A DNA stretch of 58,210 nucleotides, counting the filler, from Jimgerdemannia flammicorona (Eukaryota), in NCBI GenBank assembly GCA_003990765.1. It is 3 parts of 3 records of this genome, joined end to end, with 100 filler letters (N's around TTAATTAATTAA, not from the genome) between each part and the next. Parts side by side here need not be neighbours in the genome. Positions count along the whole stretch, not along the records: positions 1 to 19,342 come from RBNJ01001963.1; 2 more parts are not named here. One strand, 5' to 3'. Position 1 is the first letter of the stretch, and the number at the start of each line of letters is the position of its first letter. A program made the translations under genes and the position numbers. Positions 1 to 11,477 of the stretch are shown here, piece by piece. The notes under the pieces were generated by a model. That model worked only from the letters and a program-made list of their open reading frames with translations, was not told where the DNA came from and searched no databases.

Positions 1-366
1 ACCCACCCTGTCAGCAAATCTGCCACCAACTCCTCCCATCTTAATAACTTTTCCTGGATCCCTATCTGTCACCCCTCCTCAAAAACAAAGAGCCAATGTC
101 CAGCCAACCCCACCCACACTGCCACAACCCAACCTACAGTAAGCCACCTATTGCCAACACCTCCCACAAGTCTAGATTCCAGATCTTCCCAGCGACCTCT
201 CTCCCCATCTGGTCTCCTTTCAACCCCAAGGCGGTCCCCTACAGCTATCCAAAAGTCACCCAGAACCTCACACTCCCTCAGCCAATGTTCAGGCATTTGC
301 ACAAAACCCCCAACTTGCCCAACATTAAGCTCACAACAATGTTGATGTACTTTCCCACCAGCTCCA

Positions 367-1446
367 ATGAACCAGAAGAAGGGTGTCCCGAGGAACTACA
401 TCCTAAAGGAAGCTCCTCAGACCATCAAGGAATAAGAAAATCTCATCTGACAGGAACACCAGAAAGCTCACTAAGGACAGACATGCATAGAAGACAAGAT
501 TCGAAAACAACATCAACATTGGCCCCACCTCAGAACCCAAGTCTGAGACATCATTCAGAAATGTGACATCTGTCAGAAGTATCAAGGAAAGAAGAACTAT
601 CAAGCCCCTCTGCAACTGATTCCCACACCCACTCATATCTTCCAAAGATGGGGAGTAGATGTAATTGGACCTCTACCAGTTATACCAAGAAGAAACAAAT
701 ACATCCTTGTATTTATAGAATATCAGACCAAGTGGCCCAAGGCTTTCCCAATGGAAATGACAGATGCCTTAACTATTGTAGGCCTCCTCCATGGACTCAC
801 ACTCAGATATGGACCTCCAGAAGAACTTATCTCCGACCGAGGCACAGAATTCATCAATAACATAATCACAAGTTATGTCTGAATTCACAAGATCCACCTC
901 AAAAGGACCACATCATACCACCCCCCGACCAATGGCATGACAGAAAGAATGAACCAGACCATCAAGAAAGGACTTGCCCGAGTCAACCCTACTAATTGGG
1001 ACCTCTGCTTACCTGAGATCCTATGGGAAATTCAGAACACCCCTGCCATGTCCACCAAACAAAAGCCATTCGAAATGATGTTTGCCAAGAGAACCAGAAC
1101 TACTGACCATGAGAATCTCGGAGACCTCCTCAAGAAGGCAGAACAGTTATGAAATCAAGCCCAAGGACAGATTATCAAAGCCCAGGAAAGACAAAAGAAG
1201 TACTATAACCAAAAACAGAAGGATCAGGAGATCAAGATTGGAGATCAAGTCCTAGTTTGGAGAAGCATGATTGAGACAAACTTTGCTGCCAAACTAGAAC
1301 CGAAATGGGAAGGACCTTATCTTGTACATAACATCAGAGGAACCAGCATCTATTTAAGAAGCATGGATGAACGAACCCTGAGAACACCAGTACACATCAA
1401 TCGCCTCAAGTTATACTTCTCCTCATACCATAAATCAGAGAATTGA
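367..1446 (+). pseudogene. Gypsy integrase (HHCC, DDE core, GPY/F module), interrupted by point stops
   Basis: Manual translation: EHQKAH...KCDICQK, RWGVDVIGPLP, ISDRGTEF, SYHPPTNGMTERMNQTIK, LEPKWEGPY...VHINRLKLY. Confidence 0.93.
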
Positions 1447-1940
1447 CAACTGCCTCCAAACTCTTGTTCTCAGTTCCCTCCAAGCCCTACTAGTTGCCCT
1501 GCCTCAGTTCTAGGAACCCAATGGAACATATCTTCAGAGAATCTAAGTTCATCAAGAGAACCTCACCTTGGCTGAGAGGCTGCTCCAGGTCCACCAGCTG
1601 CAGGCATATTATGCAATTGGAGAACAATTGCAGAATCTTCCTCTCCCAGACCTAGCCTATGTCCAAAACACCACTGGCCTGAACAGAAGGAATACTACTG
1701 TTGCAGACAGATTATACACAATATATAAACGAAATCCTTCTGCCTTAATCCAGGCCCAGTTTTCCCTGAATGACCTCCAAAGATGACACTGCCCACCTAC
1801 CTCAGCATTATTCACCAAGTGGAGACCCTATTTCCTGAGGAGGAAGAGAGCCCCTGGAATGGAGTGACCATAGCTCAGATGATAATGATGGAACAGATAT
1901 AGATACAGAAGCTGCTTATGCCTATTGGGATAATGACTGA
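1430..1940 (+). pseudogene. Accessory ORF of family A (~170 aa, unknown function) between pol and PPT
   Basis: Includes track ORF 1568-1786 (QAYYAIGEQL...VADRLYTIYKRNP). Colinear with the 513-nt in-frame copy at 36623-37135, which keeps the ATG. This copy has ATA at the start, two 1-nt deletions and point stops. Acidic tail DDNDGTDIDTEAAYAYWDND*. Confidence 0.75.
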
Positions 1941-1979
1941 AGAATAGTCTGGGACAGACTACCCTTCAGTGGGGGCTGA

Positions 1980-3343
1980 TGTAACAGACCAAAACATACC
2001 ACCTGAATTATAACTTAGCCAGATGACGTGAACAATTAGCATACTCACTCCACATGATGTGACTTCCAGTGTATCATAGTTACTTATGCCCGCCACACTT
2101 ATAATTTGCCAAGACACCAGATCAGGATTGTTTACCTGTGTCCTGAGGACACACTCATGTCCTGTAGACACACCTGTACCCAGAAGACACACCCAAACAT
2201 TACCGAAGATAGCAAATCTATAGTTAGCCACATAGTAACCAGATAGCAACCAACTTGTATAAATTACCCCAGAGATAAGAGTGAATAAAACCTCAGTCCG
2301 AATTGAAGTGCAAACCAAAGAAGCCTCTAAAGATTGAGCAATTGGTCCCCTTATTCCCACTCCAGTCCACTTTCTGATATAAAGATTGATTGGTTCGCTT
2401 GCCAGATAAGCCTGAAGATTTGCTGCCTAAGTTCAAGAAGAACTTCACCACCTTTTGAGTAACCTGCCACTTAAGGAATAAGCTGCCATTTCCAAGTTAT
2501 CCTCCGCCTTCCCAAGAAAGCCACCTTGTTCAAGCCAGTTTCCAATGCAACTTCGCAGTGATTTGTCATGCAAACAAAGCCAGTCTTTAACACAACTTTG
2601 CCAAGAGACCCTTTCCCAGTTGAAGCCGCCGATTCAGGAAGAATCTGCACCATCGTATTCCCAGTTGAAGCTGCCGATTCAGGAAGAATCCATGCCATCG
2701 TATTCCCAGTTGAAGCTGCCGATCCAGGAAGAATCTGCGCCATCCAAGCTAATTCCCAGTTAAGCCACCGATTTCAAGAAGTCTGCCGATTCAGGAAGAA
2801 TCTGCGTCATCTGCTATTTCCAAGTTATCTGTATTCCCAGAAGAATCCTGCCAATTCAGGAAGAATCCGTGACATCTGAGTTATTCATTGTTCCCAGTGA
2901 GCCCATTATAGAAGAATCCATGCCATACAATTCCCAGTGAGCCAAATTGAGCTATCTGCCAGAAATCACATACCTTTGGAAATCATCACGCTACACGAGG
3001 ATCACCATACAGAGATCATTGCGCTACACAGAGATTGTCATGCAGAAATCACATAAGGAGAACCTCTAAATTACCAGACCATCACGCATAAGGAGATCAT
3101 CACACTACACATGAAATTCTGCCATTCCCAGTTGACCCAAGAAGAAAAAGACACACAAATCACCACTACACTCAGAGAACTGTCCCAAAAAGGAAACCAC
3201 TCACATAGTATCCAGATCTTGACTATTATACCACTAAACACCAAGAACATTTTGTTGCTTTTAACAAAGTAACTGGGGGCTCAAGCCAAACTACATCAAC
3301 CCCCCAACCTTGTAATTTGCCTCCATTGAGCCAGCCCGTTACA
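1980..3343 (+). repeat. Family A 3' LTR (~1.36 kb)
   Basis: TGTAAC/GTTACA inverted ends, GTATAAAT at ~2257, AATAAA at ~2284; homologous to 35391-36585 (minus). Confidence 0.88.
2613..2940 (+). repeat. ~45-bp tandem array in the U5 part of LTR A
   Basis: Unit TTCCCAGTTGAAGCYGCCGATTCAGGAAGAATCYRYRCCATCGTA at 2613, 2658 and 2703, then degenerate copies. Confidence 0.9.
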
Positions 3344-4015
3344 ATATATATAAGAATAATAGGAGAATAAATAAATACTGTACAGAAAAGATTAATATTA
3401 GGTAACTAGAAGTATATAGTATCCTCTAATAAAACAAAAATCAATTATTTTGGATTCTGCATATGATATCTATCTTTTTCTATCAACTTTGAATTTTTAT
3501 ATCAATTGATGTCATGTGACTTACATTAAGTGATATTTTATATCTTTGATTCAATTTTATAGTATCTTAGATATTTGAAATAATAATAATAATAATAATA
3601 TATTATTTGAGTATTTGCAGTCAATTTAAAGTAGTTTTACAGTCAGTTTAAAGTAGTTTTGCAGTATTTTCAATGTGGAAAAGTCATGTGACATCAATTG
3701 ACATAGAATTTGAAGTTGACTAAAAAAGCAGAAATCATATATAGAATCCAAAATAATTGATTTTTTGTTTTATTAGAGGATACTATATACTTCTAGTTAC
3801 TGTAACAGTGACCTCAGAATAATGACATCAGTACAGGAGACTGTCTTTTCTTACAAGCCATCAGATTAGAGCACAAGAAGATCATACTGCATATGAGATG
3901 AGCAATGATGACCAACTGTGAGTCATTGTGACCATAGTATAAACATCCTGAGAAATATAAAAGAAGGATCAAGAAACCACAGTAATAGCAATCAATAAGA
4001 CCCACCAATCTCAAA

Positions 4016-4882
4016 ATAGCTCAAAGACTCACTATAAATGAAATGCCTACTATCTGCCAAACCTCAAGGTCAAGGAATCACCAAGGTATCTCAGTCAAAG
4101 AAAGGATGTTCCAAGACATCAGAAGAGCCATAAGGACTTGCTCAAGAAGGACTCCTAGTATCAACCTGGGTACTAGTGATCCTTATCACTATATCCTCTA
4201 CCACTATAAAATGGAAACAAGAATTACTATTGCTACTGAATGCCTCCAAATGTGGCAGGAGTATGAAATAGAAAACCTCCTCTGCTGGGAGTTCCCACAG
4301 GCCAGTCCTCAAGAGCTATAAGATGCCACTTCCATGGATATATGTAAGATATGAATAGCTAAGAAGATCCATCAGATCTTCAGACATATACTATGGTTGA
4401 TCCTCAACTTGAAGTATGTTAGAGTCTCAGATTTCAAAGATCTATCATCCTGTCATATCAATACACTAGAAGCCAGAGTGGCCACAGAAGCTCAGTCCAC
4501 TATCACCCTCAATAGTGATAAAGTAGAAGACTTCTGGTACCCCATCCTCCAGGACAACCTAGACCAATTCCTGCAAGGATTGATCTCAGTATTTCAAGGC
4601 CCAAGCATCCAGGTTAGACCTCTCCAAGATCCCACATTTGTTCTCTATTTTGTGGAAGAGAATCTCATAGACTAGAGAGCTCCAGACCTCCTTTCCACTA
4701 CCAAACATAATGATGTCATCAGTGATGATGTCATCCTGCATGACATATATGAGATGTGCAATGAAGCATATAAAGTACACAAAACATGTGACCTACACAA
4801 TGAATTCATGGACCTCATCTCCTTCAAAAACATCCTGACCTCTGATGATAAAGCTCTTATGGTCTTGAACATTCTGCTCTAA
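4016..4882 (+). pseudogene. LTR-internal accessory ORF of family B (~290 codons), 5' LTR copy
   Basis: Track ORFs 4043-4321 and 4397-4675 are in one frame broken only by point stops; ends ...MVLNILL*. Start uncertain (ATA in all copies; upstream in-frame ATGs exist). Confidence 0.75.
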
Positions 4883-4890
4883 GTCTCCTG

Positions 4891-5025
4891 GTTATACTGA
4901 ATAATGCCAGCACCAGCATTCTGAGGTGATACAAATTTGTTCCAGCACTGGCATTTGATGTAATACTGAATAATGCCAGCATCAGTATTTTGATGTGATA
5001 TCGAATTATACCAGCATTCTGAACC
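4891..5025 (+). repeat. ~35-bp tandem array with palindromic core (AATGCCAG-CA-CTGGCATT) in U3 of LTR B
   Basis: About 4 units here, about 4 at ~12558-12690, about 3 at ~34688-34785, and units at ~57960-58062 (minus). Confidence 0.8.
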
Positions 5026-7580
5026 TGAACAATTATCAGTGCCAACCCTAGAACTTAGCAGTTTTTTCTATCCTGGCATTTTATTTTAGTTATTGGAATT
5101 TATATTTATCTTTATATCTTAGCAACCATTGAATTATATTTTGTATAAATACTCCTCTTTTTTCCTCTGAAATAAAGTCAGTTTCAGTTCACTTATACAC
5201 AATCTCTTACAAGCAATCTAAAAGATTACAAGACAGTTAAAGATAAGAAGTTTGAGGACTATAAGACCTTGGGAAGGCACTCCAATAAGAACTTGCTTAT
5301 AACAAACTTGAGTTAGTCTAAGAGATATATCTTGAAGAGAATCTGATATATTTGAAGAACTCAGCAATCACTACATGACAACTTAGTGTCCATTGACTGG
5401 TAATTCAAGATGAATTCCTCACTTATAAGCTGAAAAATGAACAACCCCCACAACAACTACCCTGACTACAAGAGTCACCCCTGTAAGAATTCAAGACAAG
5501 ATGGAAAGGCATCCCCCCACATTCTATGGATATACTACTGAAGATTCAATCCTGACCTTCATTGAAGACTTGGAATAATTTGCCACCATATGAGCCCTTG
5601 GTGTGGATGCACAATTGGCCCTTCTACCAGTCAGTCTCAGAGGACCTGCCAGAGATAAGTTCAATGCAGCCACTATTGCCAATAATAGTGCAGCCAAACT
5701 TGCCAACATGAAGGCCTTCTTCAGAACAACATATTATACTGAAGAGATCAAACAAGCTCTCAAGGATCAACTCAATACTATCTGCCAGAGACTTAGTGAA
5801 GATCCCAACTCATTCTATACCTGAATCTGCCACCAGATTGTTCTGGCTGGCTATGATGATTGCCTTAAGGAACAAATAGCAGATTTAACCTTCCTCAAAG
5901 GAGTTCACCATGAAATTGCCCTAGCAATCTGGTCTACCCCAGCTGCACTAACTCTTAATCAGAAAGTGGTCTTTGCACAGAGATATTGGACTGCCAGATA
6001 CTCTGTCAAATACTCAATGGAGAAAATAACTGGCATCAAGATGGAGCCATCAAAGCCAACTAGTATCATACCTGTCACAGTTGTAAACAGACAACCAACC
6101 CCACCTACCCCCAAGGCAGCCAAAGCTGACCCAGTGGAAGAACTCACTAAGCAGTTCGCTGAGATGACTGCACACCTTAGTGATGTTATTAGAGATGTCC
6201 AAAGTGCCAACAGGAGACCAGTGCAGAGATTTGTAGCTACTATAGAAGAATGTAATATCACATGCTTCAGATGTGGAGAAGAAGGCCACTATGCAAAGAA
6301 TTGCATAACCGAAACAAGACACAAAGTCCAACCAAGCAATGCTAGCAGAACTAGAGAACAAACCAATACAGTAGTCATCGAGGAGATTGGTGACACTGAT
6401 GATGAAGAATACTGTGAGGAGCTCGAATTCTACCCTGCTACTAAAGGTACCAGAACCCAGTCCAAGCCCTATGACAAGAAGAGCAACAGCAAGCTAGTTG
6501 GAAGACCAAAGAAGACCCCAGCTGTCACCATTCAAAGCAAGACCTAACTTGAGGAGATTGATCAAGATATGAAGTTAGATGAAGCTGCCTACCAAATCAT
6601 TGAAGGCACTACTCCAGTCTCAGGAGAAAGTGAGAGCAAGAAGGAACAGAAGCTGCACAAGATCAAGATCCACCAGTATAATATCTATAAGGACCTCAAG
6701 GAACAGAAGGTCAATGCTACTTTTGGACAACTAGCTGAAGTCCCTGCCTTCAGACAACAGTTGAGAGTAGGACTTGCAACTACCACTAAGAATCAAGAGT
6801 ACAAGATTGTAGAAGCTCACAATGCACAGGAAGAATCCAAAAACTCAGATAAAGAATCCGAAGACCAGTGCAAGACATCAGCCTATAACCTTTATCAGTT
6901 TGAAGACTGTATCTTTGATGTCATCATTGATACCAGTGTTGAAGGATGCCTTATGAGCAAAAAGACAATTGACTGCCTAGGTTGGGATATTGAAGAGTCT
7001 ACATATCACAGCAGATGGTACATGAGCTACCCCCCTTAGCAAAATCTGAGAAGTCCCCATTAAGATAGGAGGAGCTACCATCCCAGTAGATATGATTGTT
7101 TCAAGTGCCACCAACTATAACATCCTCATTAGCAATCAATGGCTTCACAAGGCCAAGGCCATCATTGACCTCAATGCCCAGAAGATGCAGATCAACTATA
7201 GAGGAAGAAAGGTATGAGTCTCTATCAATGTCCATAAAGGAGTTCTACCAGACATAGAGGAAGGAGATGAAGAGGACACAGAGGTCTTCATGCACTTGGT
7301 GAATAAGAACAAGAACAAGACACTCAAGCTCACAGAAGAGCAGTGGTACAATAAGATCATTGATGGCTATGCCCCTCAAGGAAGATGCCCCCATGGTACT
7401 AGGATGTACTGCTCTGAACACCTGAATGACTGCTGGTCTTGTATCAGTGAAGTTAGGAAAATCTGTCAACAGAAATATGAGCAAGAAGCCACCGAAGCAA
7501 AAAGGAAAGCCAAAGAAGATGACCAGCCCCCAGAGCTTCAGGCTGACAGTGATGATAAAGAGGAACAAGAATCGGACATC

Positions 7581-7993
7581 ACTCTCAAGGTCAAGAAATT
7601 TCACCCTAAAGCTAAGATCCCAGAATACAAGACTGAAGGAGCCATAGGAATGGACCTTATCAGCATTCAAGATGCTACACTCGAACCACAGACCAACACT
7701 CTACTTGGCACTGGAATTGAAGTCAAGCTGCTAGAGAACTATACTGGAATTATCAAGACCAGGAGCAGTCTTGCCAAAAGTGAAATCTAGTTGAAGGAGG
7801 AGTAATTGATCCTGATTACACTGGTAAGATCTTCCTTATAGTTAGGAATTACAACCCCACCACCCCATTCAAAGTCAAGAAGCATTACAGGATTGGCCAG
7901 ATGCTGATCTATGAAATCAAGAAACCCAAGATCACTGAAGCCATCGAACTCATCAACACCAAGAGAGGAGAACAAGGCTTTGGATCTACTGGA
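7581..7993 (+). pseudogene. dut: Trimeric dUTPase domain within Gypsy pol
   Basis: All five motifs: GMDL, RSSLA, GVIDPDYTG, RIGQM, RGEQGFGSTG. A 1-nt deletion at ~7788 is absent from the copy at 30109-30519. Confidence 0.92.
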
Positions 7994-10275
7994 AGAGGAG
8001 TCTATGCCACCACCAAGATTACACAAGAAAGACAAGGACCAGAACAAGTACACATATACCATTGGAGAAAACTTTCCCCTGGAGGAACAATTTCTCAAGA
8101 TCCTGCATCAGAATGAAGGAGTACTTGCTACAGACTTTAGGGATATATACAATCAAGAACCCAAGTACTACCATGAAGTTGATACTGGTGATACTAAGCC
8201 TATATATCAGAAAATCAGATCCATACCACCTGCCTACAGAGAATAGCTGTGAGCAGAACTGAAGGAAATGAAAGAAGCTGGAATCATCAAGCAAGCTATC
8301 AGCCCCTGGGCTTCACCCATTGTCCTTGCCCCAAAGAAAGGAAGCAAGCCTGGAGAGTTTGTACCAAGACTCTCATTGACTACAGGAAGCTCAATGCCAT
8401 CGCCAAGAAGGATAGACAAATATTCAAGAAATCCTTACCACCCTTGGAAGCAAATCAAAATACTACACCACCCTGGATCTGTTCTCAGGCTTCCATCAGA
8501 TTGGTCTCACTCAAGATGCCAGTGAGAAATCAGCCTTCATCATACCTAATGCCACCTATATCTACCTATGAATGCCATTTGGAATGTACAATACCCCAGC
8601 AAGTTTCCAGTGAATGATAAACAGAGTCTTCAGTAACAAGATTAGAAAATGGCTCTTTGTCTATATTGATGATGTGATCATCTTCAGCAATACTGTATGG
8701 GAATATATCAATCACATACAGCTAGCCCTCAAGAAGCTCAAGGAGCATGGCCTTACATCAAGCCCAAGAAATGCAAGTTTGCAGCTCAGGAAATCACCTA
8801 CCTAGGACACCTCATCAACCAGACTGGAATTCACACAGACCCCATGAATATTGAGGCTGTTGCAGCCTACCCAAGATCCAGAACAACTACAGAAGTCCAT
8901 GCCTTCCTTGGACTGGCCAGCTACTACTGAAGATTCATCAAAGGATACTCCAATATTACAGCACCTATCTATGAGCTACTGAAGAAGGAAACCAAATTCG
9001 AATGGACCAAGAAACACTAAGAAACCTTCAACAAACTTAAGACCAGGTTGAGTCAAGCACCTATCCTCAGAAGACTAGATTGGAACCTATAATTCATCCT
9101 ACAGACAGATGCAAGTGCTATAGGACTTGGAGCAGTCCTAGCTCAGAAGAAAGATAGACAGGAATATGTCATCTCCTATGCAAGCCAAGACACCTGTGGA
9201 GCAGAACAGAACTATGAGTCATGTAAGCTTGAATGCTTGGCAGTAGTCTGGGCAGTAGACAAGTTCCACTACTATCTAGCTGGGAAATACTTCACCATTC
9301 AAACAGACCATTCGGCTCTTGCCTGGCTATTCCACACTCTGAACCCCAAAGAAATATATGCCAGATAGATCTACAGACTGCAAGAGTATGACTGTACTGT
9401 CAAGCACCACTCAGGAAGAACCAATACCAATGCCAATGCACTCTCAAGGATACCCTGAAACACCCTCTATCAAGATTACTCAATATGAATAAGGAGCTAT
9501 ACTATAGATTAATTAGCAATCTTGGGTAGTGGAAGATGCCCAACCACCTTGAACCCTGGACAATCACTATCATCAACTGGACTTAGAAACAGTTTGAACT
9601 AGACAACACTATACTCAAAAAAAGAGGAAAGCTAGTAATACCCGAATACAAGAAGTATTAAGTAATGAAGGAAGTACACAAGCAAGGATACCTAAGAGGA
9701 ACCAATACATATGACAAGACAAGAAGAACCATATGGTGGCTCAAGATGGAAGAAGACCTGTACCAATTTGTCAAAAGGTGTGATAAGTGCTAAAACAGAA
9801 ATAAGATCAGCAAGACCAGGTACCCAGATCATCAAGAATTGAGCCTATCCCCTTCCACTACATCACAATGGATATGATTGGGCCACTACCAGTAATACTA
9901 TCAGAAAACTGCTATATTATAGTTATTGTAGACCTCTTCACCAAATGGATAGAAGCAGGAGCATTATAAGAAGCCAATGCCCTCTCTATAGTTAACTTTC
10001 TGCACTGAGAAATCATCTGCCACTACAAGATACCAAAGCAAATCACAACAGACCATGGCACAGAATTTGTCAATGGATTTTATGAGATAATATATCAGAA
10101 ATACAAGATCCAGCACATCAAGACCACCATGTGCCACCCTCAAGGAAATGGACAGACAGAGAGAACCAACAAGACCCTCAAAAACATCCTGGCAAAGATC
10201 TCAGAGACATATGAGAGTTGGGATAATTATCTCCCAACTGCCCTCTCTATTCTATGAGATATATGATCACAGAGC

Positions 10276-10711
10276 TAGTGCTCCCGATGAATCAAATCCA
10301 ATCAAATTTGACCCAAACTCAATTTGATTTGATTGAATCAAGGGTCCAATTCAATTCAATTCAAATCGAATCAAAGGTCCAATTCGATTCGAAGTTCAAT
10401 TTGAAGTTCAATTCGAACCTTAATTTTCAAAATGTAATAACTCGACGGAAACTCATCCAAATTTAACGTATATTAGCATGTTAGATTCACCGTATTAATG
10501 TTATTCTAACAAGCTAAAGTACATTAGATTTGGATAAGTTTATGCTGAGTTATTGCATTTTGAAAATTAGGATTCGAATCAGACCCTCAATTCGATTCGA
10601 CTTTTGATTCAATTTGAATTGATTCGAATTGAAAAATCCCCAATTCGATTCAACTTGTTTAACCCTCAATTCGATTCGATTCGAATTGATTTAACTCATT
10701 TGGGAGCACTA
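10276..10711. mobile_element. hAT-type MITE (436 bp) inserted in the integrase of element B
   Basis: TIR TAGTGCTCCC/GGGAGCACTA; 8-bp TSD CACAGAGC (10268-10275) / TACAGAGC (10712-10719); empty site in copy B2 at ~32805; subterminal TTCGAAT-like repeats. Confidence 0.9.
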
Positions 10712-11477
10712 TACAGAGCACACACTTTACCCCAAGAGAACTGCTCTTTAGAGAAGAAGATTCTGATGGAACCTCAGCCACAAATCTAGACCTAACTTGG
10801 AGATGGGTCAATGCAGAAATCAGGAGACTACACCAAATCAGGAAGAAGGCTGAAGATTACATCATCAAGTCATAAGTACTGATAAGGAAGAATGCAGAAA
10901 AGAATTACAAGACCCTAGAACCCATCCAAATCGGAGAAAAGGTTCTACTGTATAGAAATATGGTAGAAGCCTCATGGTCACAAAAACTGGAGCCCAAATG
11001 GGAAGGACTCTTCTACATATAATATATCAAGAGAACTACCTTCTGGCTTAGAAAAATCTCAGGAACCATACTACCCACCACAGTATATAGGAACAGACTC
11101 AAGAAGTATCATAAACCTATACAAGAGAAGTAAAATATAATGACCACCTGTAAGGTTCTAGTCCATGAATCATAACAGTATATCTTGTGACCAGCAGGCT
11201 ATCTGTCTGGACCATTCTCTAAGGGATATGACACCAGCAACTACTCATCCATGAGACTTTTGAAGCCAGAGGAGTTCGAACTGACAACTGATTGGTCAAG
11301 ATCAGAATCAGATCCTTGCTCTATATGAATAGAGTGATCCTTCACCATCATAAGAGAAGATGCCAGCCCATAAACACCACTTTTTGACCCCTTGCCAGAG
11401 GTTATGAGATCAGCAAATTTTTCAGAACTAGATCAATGAATAAGGATGCTCGAGAAGATCCTTATTCAGGAGAAAGA

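Larger units (their letters stand above)
1..3343 (+). mobile_element. Ty3/Gypsy LTR retrotransposon family A, 3' half (integrase, accessory ORF, PPT, 3' LTR); cut at contig start
   Basis: Integrase motifs, then PPT AGTGGGGGCTGA (1968-1979), then an LTR bounded by TGTAAC (1980) and GTTACA (3343). A second copy lies on the minus strand from 35391. Confidence 0.9.
3801..5380 (+). repeat. Family B 5' LTR (1580 bp)
   Basis: TGTAAC...ATGACA; direct repeat of 11478-13046 and 33581-35145; GTATAAATA at ~5143, AATAAA at ~5172. Confidence 0.93.
5437..11175 (+). pseudogene. gag-pol of family B (CCHC, aspartic protease, dUTPase, RT, RNase H, integrase), many stops and frameshifts
   Basis: CFRCGEEGHYAKNC; IIDTS (decayed DTG); SPWASPIVL; FVYIDDVII; ILQTDASAIGLGAVL; TDHSAL; MDMIGPLP, ITTDHGTEF, HPQGNGQTERTN; LEPKWEG. 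Confidence 0.95.

Noticed and set aside
1430..1940. Calling the family A extra ORF an env gene
   Set aside because: It is in the env position but only ~170 aa, with no signal peptide, furin site or TM helix.
2471..2879. Repetitive ORFs on both strands in LTR A
   Set aside because: Open only because the 45-bp unit is a multiple of 3; not preserved in copy A2.
3274..3284. TGGGGGCTCAA as a PBS marking an earlier end of LTR A
   Set aside because: Both A copies continue to the GTTACA terminus and no gag follows.
5381..5407. Assigning a tRNA to the family B PBS (TAGTGTCCATTGACTGG)
   Set aside because: Too decayed, and only one copy is present.
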